A stretch of 64,000 nucleotides of DNA from assembly GCF_032062105.1 (NCBI RefSeq), contig NW_026940018.1, forward strand, positions 124,001 through 188,000. Direction: 5' to 3'. The DNA comes from Saccostrea cucullata (taxonomy: Eukaryota). Below, piece by piece: positions 53,975 to 64,000 of this stretch (the first letter of the stretch is position 1; each line of letters starts with the position of its first letter). Made by a program: the position numbers and the translations under genes. The notes under the pieces are model-generated. The model worked only from the letters and a program-made list of their open reading frames with translations. It was not told the origin of the DNA and searched no databases.

Positions 53975-54315
53975 GAATAATTTCTCAAACGTGGTAAATT
54001 ATTGACATACAACTTGATGATACAAGAATAACAGCAGTCTCGTTTAAAGTCAGCATTTCGTAATTTTTATGGTCGATACAATGGTTTTTAAGCCATTATA
54101 TATACACTGAATTGACGACGGATTTTTTCCGTTATTTCCAGATCATGACAAGGAGCACAAGGTAGGTGTGACCAGTCGGAAGGGAATGCTCACTCCTCCA
54201 TGACACTTGATCTAAACTCTGATGTTTTGGAGGTCCGTGTTTGCTCTGCTCCTACTTTGTATTGTTTTATGGACTTTTGATCTTGAATACTGTTCGTTAT
54301 CTCTATATGTTTCAT
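53975..54315 (+). mobile_element. Penelope-like family 2 3' fragment
   Basis: Same thumb remnant and 3' tail as 34.6-35.2 kb. Confidence 0.8.
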
Positions 54316-54485
54316 GTATAAGATATTTGTATTAAAGAAAATATTAGTTAGAAGTTATTTTATTAATCATGTACATCATATCAGTAAAATTCACATACCA
54401 ATCTTCTTATGTTAAGGACAGTAATGTGCATGTTTGTTTGCACAGCTATGTTACAACGCACTTTGAAAAATTACGCACTTTGAAA

Positions 54486-54518
<33 letters not shown>

Positions 54519-55622
54519 GCTAACGCACTTTGAAAAAATTATTTTTTTGTTCAATGTGCGTTGATATCGACTATATTAACGCACTTTGAAAAAAAATGTA
54601 AAGATTGATCAATATTCTCACAAATAATCGGTATGATAAATAACAGATCCTGGTTGGATAACTTTTTTTATGATAGTCACTTCAGGACATGAGATATTGA
54701 CGTTTTAAACAGTTTTGATAAAATAAAAGAAAATGAAAAAAAATCAATTGTTTAAGATCATTAATTCGTTTCTTCTTTTATTTAATTCTAGTCAAAGTAG
54801 ACGTAAAGGTGTAAATGTACTTTGAAAAATCAAGTACATGAAAATGTATTATAAGGATAAAAAAAAACTAAAACGCAATCTATTTGTTGTTCTTTCTAGT
54901 CAAAGAACATTTTGATTTTAGTGGAAAGATAAACATTGAGTTAAATTTGCAGTTATGAAGCAACAAAAACCCAGCTTTTCACAGGATCAAAACGAACCAT
55001 GAGTAGAAGTTTTCAATGTACACAGTTTATAAAAGAAATAGAGGACGATTACAAACAAGGATCACTGTTTTAAAACCCAAAACAATACAAATATGTGAAA
55101 ATGATATACAATAAATAATTGTAAATTCTAGAGTAGGATCAGGTATCACGGAGGAGTAAGCATCCCTGGTCAACTGATCAAATTCAATTTGAGTCATATA
55201 TTTTGATCAGATTTACGGAATTATCTGTGGTAAAAAATCAATAAAGAGGGCGACAAATAGTATGTAATTAAATACTTTTATGATTACCCGTATATGGTAA
55301 AAACCATACAATTTTTAAAAGTTGATTTTAAACGAGATGGTTGAAATCCCAAAATAAATTTTGATTTAAATGGAATTCAGACGAGATTTTATATATGACT
55401 TATCGAACGCATAAGCAGTCTATGCCATTTTAAAGAAAAAAATAGAATTATAGTATCGGAGAAATTAAAACAGTCATTCAGTCGATGAGAGCGACAGATA
55501 TTATGATGTTATTTGTTTTGCCTGCTTTTAACAAAAAACAAGCTCAATCGTTCGGCAGAACTAAGGAACATAAATTATTAACATAGTATCAAACGAGATC
55601 TCCAAACGATATAGATGTTATC

Positions 55623-56207
55623 TATGGTACGCCAAATTCACAAAAATGAGATAATCATAGTTTCACAATTGATAAGGATGGAACTATAGTTTACAAACCG
55701 TAAACTATAGTTAACGAGTTAAATTTTCATCTGTAAAACTATATTTAACGGTTGTTAACTATAAACGAGCTTAATTTAAGTTTATCTGTAATAAGCGTTA
55801 ACAATAGATTTTGTTGATAAACACAGATTCACATTTGTAAACTATAGTTTACAATCGTAAACTATAGTTAAGAGTTGTTAATCATAGTTTCACAAATCGT
55901 GAAACTATATTTATCAGATCGTTAACTATAGTTAACGGTTTGTAAACTATAGTTTACAAATTGTGAGACTGTATTTATCAGATAATCTATGTTTTGCAAT
56001 CGCAAATGATCGTTTTCGGTGTGTTAAGTATAGTTTACGGTTGTGAAACATAGATTATCGCGTTAACTATAGTTTACAGATGTAAAATATAGATTAACGT
56101 TGTAAACTATAGTTTACAGTCCGTAAACTATAGTTTACAACCGATAAACCTAGTTTATCGATTGTGAATCAATGATTTGCTCATTTTTGTGAATTTGGCG
56201 TGCCATA
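55623..56207. mobile_element. TATGG...CCATA element (IS3EU-type termini) with an internal palindromic aactatagtt array
   Basis: TIRs tatggtacgccaaattcacaaaaatgag / ctcatttttgtgaatttggcgtgccata. A 6-bp TSD gttatc sits at 55617-55622 and 56208-56213. Confidence 0.88.
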
Positions 56208-57837
56208 GTTATCTATGAAATCCTTGTTAAGATGCAAGCATATGTAATGCATTTTATCGTCTCGTATCCTGTTTTCGACCGTATTGTATTTTCGACTTAT
56301 TTTTCCCAATCTGCTCCCCGTTCCGATTCCGCGCGGTAGAACATTATTTTCGGTTGCTACACTTGGAAAAAAACCTTTGAAGCACAACTGTAGTGAAAAT
56401 ACCCAAAATAATCAATTCAACGGATTTTCCCCGGTGGTTTTAGTCCCATGTCAGAAAGTCTAGTCTTTTTACTACTGCACATTTTATCTGTTAATTAATT
56501 AAAGCCGTAATCGGTTAATTACAAAGATTTTTTGATGAATTTTTTCTGAAAGAAAAATAAGATCACTGTCAAAGAGACGCATGAATATTAAAATGAATGG
56601 GTGGATCAAACAATTTTTTTTCTACCTTAAATATGAGCACTTTCTTACAGATTTTCACTGAAAAATGCAACGTAATTTCATTGATTTTTTTTTTTTTTGG
56701 AAATGCACAGCTACTGACAGATCAATTCAACCATCAAATAAATGTATCTGCAACCAAAATATGCAACCTGTTCAATGTTTTTTGAAGGACAGACAATCGT
56801 ATTTTTATTGTTTGGAATATCCAGTGGATATTTATAACCAATACTGCTTGGGCGTTGATACTATATTTAGGTCGAAAACACAAGACGCTAATATTTTTGT
56901 AAGGAAAACTGTACCTTCTCCATATTATTGCATATAAATAAAATAAACACAAAACTGCAATTTGGGTTATATCATTTTATTTATAGACACACATGCTAAC
57001 ATTTTAAGCCCATATTTTTTCAGGTTCTATAAAGTTTGTGATAAATTGATAAATAACATCGAAATAGGTCGAAAATACAATACGCCAGGATATTACACTG
57101 GAGGATTTACTTTAGATAAGGTAAGAGTTTTCAAGCGAAATTGCTTTTATGAAATACTAGTAGCTCAAAAGTCCATAAAACAATACAAAATAGGAGCAGA
57201 ACAAACCTGGACCTCTAAAACATTGATGATCAGAGGTGTTATCAAGTGTCATGGAGGAGTGAACATCCCATGCTGATCGGTAAACCCGTTTTGGCTCCTT
57301 GACATGATCGGGAAATAACGGAAAATCAATCGACAATTCAGTGTGAAAATAATGACCTAATAATTTAGTATGAAAAATCCCCAGACAGCATTAGATTCAA
57401 TGATAAATTCTATTTTCTTGCGTATCTAACCAACTGAGAGATGTAAACCCCGTATGCAGATGATACAGGTATACAGCTGTTAACGTAAAAGAACAGCATT
57501 ATAAACTATAATTTAACTGAAATAAGGTAGTCAAAAATATGAAAAATCGTAGACAAAATCATATCTGAGAGAAAATTTGTATTCTATGATTAAATTTAAT
57601 TTCCTTTCCCTATAAACTCTGCATTTAGGACGTCATGGAGGTTTAAATATTATGATAAATAGAAATTCAAAGCATTATATTTCCTTTAGAATTAGTCTTA
57701 TTCAATCAAATTAAAAGAATAGATTCATTGCATCACTAATTTATTTCTAGTTTTCACTAATAAAAAAAACATAGAGAATGTCAAACTCCTCGGGGTCTTT
57801 CGATGATGATGAATTATAAATACGGTGAGCGTCTTTA

Positions 57838-58660
57838 CTAATAGGCGGCTGAAATAGAAGGGAAAAAATAAAATTGGATTATATGTTCGCTGAATCATTT
57901 AAAACTATCATTCTTTCTATAAAATTTTAGGATTAGAGTTTGATCAACAAAATTGAGGAAATATGAAATGTATCCTATTTAAATAATAAAACAACAACAA
58001 AAAAGACTTACATTTCATGCTTCCCATGCCACCCATACTTCCCATGCCACCCATACTGCCCATGTTGCCTGGCATCATCATCATACTGTTCATTCCGCCC
58101 ATGTTTCCGCCCATTCCATTTTTCATCATATTCATCATTCCCATTGGCATCATCATCATGTTACCTTTGCCCATGCCGCCTCCCATTCCTCCATTCATCA
58201 TGCCACCCATAGATGGCATCATCATCATCATTTTGTTCATTCCTCCCATGCCTCCGTTCATCATGCCTCCTCCCATACCGCCGTTCATCATGCCTCCTCC
58301 CATGCCGCCGTTCATCATGCTTCCTCCCATGCCGCCGTTCATCATGCCTCCTCCCATGCCGCCATTCATCATGCCTCCTCCCATGCCGCCATTCATCATG
58401 CCTCCTCCCATGCCGCCGTTCATCATTCCCATACCACCTCCTTATGAAAAATGCATTGAAATAATTTACTGACTACTTTTAACACCTGAATCAATTAATT
58501 ATTTGATGATGGTCGTAGGATATGTTTGTCATTGTAATATTTACAAAAGAAGAATGGGATCAAAAATTAATACAAGTAATATATCTTCAGTACCTGGCCC
58601 ATAGCCTGCGGCGCTGGCGACGGCAATAAGGCAAGAAACGGCAACTAAAGAGAAAACCAT
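57838..58660 (-). CDS. Gene G: secreted Gly/Met/Asn-rich abductin-like protein, coding exons 58660-58594, 58440-58012 and 57848-57838, ~168 aa
   Basis: tttcag|ATG starts MVFSLVAVSCLIAVASA-AGYGP-G. A 429-nt exon carries ~7 copies of MMNGGMGGG and the terminal exon gives SAY*. A 5' non-coding exon donor lies at 59102 and tatttaaa at ~59186-59193. Confidence 0.9.
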
Positions 58661-59102
58661 CTGAAAAGAAATGATTCACGTCTAAAATTGTAATTATGCA
58701 TTACATGTTAAAATGAAGTGCCTTTTTCTTTCGGTGATATATTTGAAATTATTGCTTCAAAACAAGGTCCTTTTCAAAGAGGTCGACCCATCAGAACATA
58801 ACAATCCTCAAGTATACTGTAAATAAGTTACATTTTCGTCGAGATTTATTTAAATTTCTTTATTTGAGACACCTATTTTTTGAATTTCCATCACATACTT
58901 TGAAATAATTGTCATGACTACGGCATAATTTATATTGAATCTCTCATGGATCTCACAAACCAGCCAGTATTATGCTTAATATAACAAATCAATCTGAAGT
59001 ATATAGAAGTAGTTTTCAAAAGACGAGTGCCGTTTAGCATATCTTTACAAAGAATTAATTTTAACGGTAACAACTGAATAAACTTGAGAAAGTTCCACTC
59101 AC

Positions 59103-59372
59103 CCTGAGCAAAGGTAATGAAGTGTCGGACAAAAACCCGGAGCAATGAGAGACGAAGCACTGATTAGATTCAGAACCGAAGGGGGTTTAAATAGTCAGAG
59201 TGTTTATCCTTTTTCCGGTGGCCAATTAGCCGGGTGATCATTATGTTTGTTGTATAACAAGTTTATCCTGACAAAATGTATGTTTTGACTTCGATGTTTT
59301 ATTTTGGGACAGTTCATTGTTTTGATGTACTGTATTTATCGTGTCTGACACACCTTGACACCATTTTATGGT
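59103..59372 (-). promoter_or_regulatory. Gene G non-coding exon 1 and promoter
   Basis: Collinear conserved blocks with the gene F upstream region. A TATA-like box lies ~85 nt upstream of the exon-1 donor. Confidence 0.7.
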
Positions 59373-60903
59373 TCCCATCTATTTTTGGTCTATCAACTTT
59401 CTGAATTTTAGTACAATTTTAAATACTCATTTAACAGCTTTTAAAACTTCAAATATAATTTTTAAATTAACACACACATGAAATAAGCATAAGAATTATA
59501 ACATCATTTTATTTGCATTATATTATTGTTCACAAATAAAAAAAATTAAATAAAAGATTTTTTCTAGGATGTGATCTTTGCAGAAAATCATTACGCAATT
59601 TCTATAAAGAGAAAAATACTTTTGTCATTATTTATCGTTTTGTGTATGATAAAATAGGTCAGCATAGATGTTTTAAATTAAAAAAAAAATGTCCAAAAAA
59701 ACCCGCATGCGTTCTCGCTGTGTATTGCTGAGAAAAACACTGCGATGAGATGCTGAACGTACGTTGAGACAGAAAGATAGACTGATGGATTTGAAAGAAA
59801 AAGCATCTTGACACAATTTGCAAGTGTTGCATTATTTCTGCGTTTCAGATCAAGATTTAATTAGCCAGTAAAATAACTGCTTGTTTTTCTTTTTGCTTCC
59901 CATACCTTCAATGAAATATTGGAGATAACGAACTCAGTTTTCAAGCTCAAAAGTTCATAAAACAATACAAAAAAAAAGAAAAACAAAAACGGACCTCCAA
60001 AACATCAGAGGTGGTATCAGGTGCAGTGTAGGAGTGAGCATCTCTTGCCGACCGTTCAAACCCACCGTGTGCTTCTTGTCATGATTGGGAAATAACGGAA
60101 AAATCCGTCGGAAAATAGATTTATTTTCAGCTTCCATCATTTTGCCCATTGTTAGATGAGATCACCATACCATTCAGTTCTCAAATGGTTCATTCTTCAA
60201 TCAAATTCATAATTTCTACGAGTAAAAGACAATGCATAAACCTTGAGCAACGTCTTTCAAGCTCCAAAGATTTGGAAAGGAAATTTAGATCAAACGTAAT
60301 GCTAATAACAAAACGCAATGTATGGTTACAAAATAAGATGTTTATAAATTTTACTTAGTCGTCTTTGTGTTATAAAAGGGGTAGTCCAATGTCTTTTAAT
60401 TTCCACTTACTTCATAAAAGAACAGTTATGTTTCCAATTCCTGGGTAAAAGAACATCCTGTTTAACCGAACATAAACACTGTAAGATAATTCATGAAATG
60501 AATGTCTTTTAGTTATTAAAAAAATCGCACGAAAATGTATTTTTAAAAAGAAAGAGTTAAAAATCATTATTTGGCTGAAAGATTAAGTGATTTTTATCTA
60601 AGGAAAGCTTGTTCGGAAAAAATCAAGATAAACTTAAAGATTATTATATGGTTGAAAGATACAGATGAAAGAGTGAAGATAATGAACTGTAACTGATCTC
60701 AAAAATACTATGAAGAAATAAATCTGTAAATTGTGCAAACCACGGACCCTTGGGAATTCCTGTTGGGATCAGGTGACTACAAAGAGGAATCCACCGACAA
60801 AAAAAAAAACCTACAAACAATGAGAACTAGATTTACGCAATTTTAAAAAAATATAACCTTTCAGTTCCTTGATTGTATTCACTTATAAAAGTGATTCATA
60901 TTT

Positions 60904-60939
<36 letters not shown>

Positions 60940-61137
60940 TTTTTTTTTTGCAATTCAAAACCTTTGAGCATATGATTTTTTTTTTTTTCTTTTTTCAGTT
61001 TGTTGAATGTCCCTTCGAGATTTTTTTACTCAGAATGAGATGGCACCAGTGGTCGGAACTAAGGGCCTCTGAACTGGGAGGGATCTTTTTTGTGCCAACA
61101 TATACTGCGACACGAGACCTCAATTTATACTGTTTTA

Positions 61138-61970
61138 TCGAAACCGAGATAAAGGGGTCAAATCCTTACTCTGCGAATCTATACCAAAACCTCTAACAAC
61201 TGCATCACTCGTGCGATATTTATTATTTGTACTTTTATTCAAAACTACCAAGCTCTATGATAAACGTGATGACTAACTTTTCTATCGTCAACTTCCTTTA
61301 CTTATGCAGCAATATATCTTCATCACCTGCATTCGGAGTTTATATATCTCGGTTGAATCAATATGCAAGAGCATGCTCTACGTATGAACAATGTCTAAAA
61401 AAAAAAAAAAAAGGTAAATCATTGACAAACAAGTTGATGAAACAAAAATTTCAGCATGCTTACTGGCATTTTTATACTAATTGTTCGTCAATTATTTATA
61501 CACTGAATTGACGACGGATTTCCCTGTTATTTCCCGATCATAACAAGGAGCACACAGCGGGTGTGACCGGTCAGCAGAGGATGCTCACTCCTCCACGGCA
61601 CCTGATCCCTCCTCTGATGTTTTTGAGGCCCATTTTGCTCTGCTCCTGTTTTGTTTTGTTTTATGGACTTTTTGATCTTGAATACTGTTCGTTGTCTCGA
61701 TATGTTTCATCGAAACCGATACAAAAGGGATCAAATCCTTACTCTGCGAATCTTTACCAAACTCTCTAACAACTGCGGCACTCGGGCGATTTTTATTATG
61801 TGTACTATTATCCATAACAACCAAGCTCTATGATAAACGTGATGAATTTCCTCTCCATGGCACCTGATCCCACCTTCAATGTTTTGGAGGTCCATGTTTT
61901 CTCTGCTCTTATTTTGAATTGTTTTCTGACTTTTGATCTTGAATAATGTTCGTTATCTCCATATGTTTCA
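61138..61970 (+). mobile_element. Penelope-like family 2 3' fragments within a local direct duplication
   Basis: NFSIVNFLYLCSNISSSPAFGVYISRLNQYARACSTYEQ is RT thumb sequence. A ~130-bp segment (tcgaaaccga...ccaagctctatgataaacgtgatga) is repeated at ~61138 and ~61710. Confidence 0.8.
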
Positions 61971-62207
61971 CATATTGATGTGAAGGTTTACATTCGTTTA
62001 TACAAACTTTACATGTCCCCTTTTAAAACCTTCATTTCATTTTATGAATTTAAATAAAGTTCTCATTCTCCAGGAAGAAAGCATGATTCCAATGTATAGC
62101 AGAAGAATCGCAGAACATGTTATACATGCTCTTGAAGTATTTAGTCAGCAGCCCTCACTTCCTTATCAGATACCACGTGTCTATGGCTCCTTATTTTAGA
62201 AAAGAAT

Positions 62208-62438
62208 ACTGTAGATCGGCAAATAATCACGATGGTTATAATTTCACTATGTTCGCGATTTATAATTTCTCAGCGAAATTAAACCCATCGTGAATCCTAT
62301 TATTAGTTTTAGAAACGTTTGAATGCTTATATAAAATCTATATTAATTTCTTGCAGCGTGAAATTAAAGCCATCGCGATTGCTAGTTTTTGAGAATTCGT
62401 GAAATTTATACACCGTAGAATCAAAACGATTTACAGTA
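62208..62438. mobile_element. TACTGTA...TACAGTA MITE
   Basis: Ends are tactgtagatcg ... cgatttacagta, with internal repeats. A similar element lies at ~49772-49980. Confidence 0.55.
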
Positions 62439-62939
62439 TGTAATAAGCCCCACCTCATGTATTTCTTCATGGACTTTTTGTTAATAATTGACACGGCTTT
62501 GAATAGAATTCAGGGAATTCAATCTCAGGTATTACAGAAGCAATAAATTATAAAATTATTCAATTTCTTTAAAAGGTATTGTAGTTATTTTCATTTTCAG
62601 GTGGTAAATTAAAGAAATTAAAAAACTATGCCAAATATATTATTAGTTTGACTTTTTATACATAGTTATGTTTTAACATGTAAAGATAATGAGGAATTTC
62701 ATTTATTCCTGAATTCTAGAAAAGACATGAAATTCTTATTCTCGGAAATACTTGTATTTACATGTACTTTTATCAGTTATGTTATGATGTCACTTTTCAT
62801 TTGCAAAATATTTTTTTAAACCATTCTGATTGCACAAAATGTCTTCCAACTATCTGTAGGAATTTTCCATAGATACAATTTACGCCCTGTTATAATATTA
62901 TATTCGTTTGAAGTAAAATTCATTCAAAAACTTATACTT

Positions 62940-63555
62940 GAAAAGAAAATAAAACTCTTGCTTTGCTTTTAACTCGACATTTAGATATCACGACGGACGA
63001 CGTATTATCAATTCAAAATAACTTCTGAACTCATAGGTGGACTCAACATAAAAAATAAACAGTACACAACTGTTTCTTATTTTGATATTTTACTAGAAAA
63101 AGAAAAATTGTTAATGACAACCGAAAAACAAAAGTTGATGATAAACAAAATGACTTTTTCATCGTCATCTTCCCTTGCTTTTAATGCAATATACAATCAT
63201 CACCTGCATATGGGGTTAATGCCTTCCAGTTGATTCGATACACAAAAGCATGTTCTACCCACGACGGATTTCTAAAAACGATAAAAGTTTCGTTTCGTTT
63301 AAAGTTCTATTATCGATAAAATGACCATGTCAACAAGTAACAATCTTTTACTTATAATTTGGAATGAATGCTGGTGGACGTTTTCCATGCACACCAATTG
63401 TTTAACCATGATTTACATGCTGAATTATCTAGTGATTTTTCCTAATCATCAAGGAGCACAAGGCGGATGTGAATGGTCGGAAGGAATTGTTCACCTCTCC
63501 AGACTAACTGACCCCACCTCTGATGTTTTACGTGCTTGGTCTGCTCCTGATTTTA
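62940..63555 (+). mobile_element. Old, diverged Penelope-like family 2 fragment
   Basis: Degenerate FRYI.D, SYFDILLEK and AYGV..QLIRY remnants with a decayed 3' tail. Confidence 0.65.
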
Positions 63556-64000
63556 ATTATAGCGAGCGCAGCGAGCGTCGCGAAGCGAGCTCAATAGACT
63601 AACGTGTATGAACAGAGGAAATTCGGATTGAAATCTGTACATATGTCAAATTTCTATATACATTGTCTGTGTTATATAATGTCCTTTGCGCGAATAAATC
63701 AAAAAAATAGTAAAACAATTAAAGGAACATTGTTTCTTACCGAATTCTTAACGAAATGATTTTGCCTTACCTTATTCAAAAAAAATACCCCCATGCCACA
63801 ACACCGGCCTTCACCTTTTCGGAAATGATAAAAAAATGACGTACAAACTTACGAATTTTGCGAAGTTATGTATTGCTTCCGTGAGATTTCAGGGTGCAAA
63901 ACACAGTTTTATGTATGACGTTATCAGGACGTTACTTGGTGAGGGACAAGCAAAAATAAAAAAATAAAATGGAGGATTGTTACATAGACTTCTGCATATC

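Noticed and set aside
59400-64000. Possible eighth cluster gene
   Set aside because: I found no signal-peptide exon or Met-rich exon on either strand, only repeat fragments. The cluster could still continue beyond the window.

Overview
AT-rich, repeat-dense eukaryotic genomic DNA, most likely from a bivalve (probably a true oyster; this is inferred from the repeat landscape and gene content). The first 11 kb holds a head-to-head gene pair whose start codons are only 93 nt apart. One is a two-exon stathmin-like gene (- strand) whose intron carries a rearranged Penelope-like retroelement with three hammerhead-ribozyme motifs. The other is a three-exon MTFP1/MTP18 gene (+ strand). The main signal is a ~42 kb cluster (17.1-59.2 kb) of seven spliced genes, all encoding secreted, low-complexity proteins. 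The ORF track shows them only as fragments; I reconstructed them by hand from splice sites. Genes A and B (+) are Met/Ser/Pro/Thr-rich, gene C (+) is short and Ser/Thr-rich, gene D (-) is Met/Asn/Pro-rich, and genes E, F and G (-) are Gly/Met-rich. All share a 61-79 nt signal-peptide exon ending in phase 1. In the mature chains tyrosine occurs only at the termini, and in E, F and G the C-terminal tyrosine sits on a tiny dedicated exon. Gene G strongly recalls abductin, the scallop hinge-ligament elastomer. The cluster therefore looks like a candidate gene complex for an end-crosslinked, Met-rich ligament or shell-matrix material. Intergenic space is filled with fragments of a second Penelope-like family, TAYGG...CCRTA foldback elements, other MITEs, Helentron-like elements, a MULE transposase fossil and a tRNA-Val-like relic. 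No database searches were possible, so all family assignments come from motif recognition.
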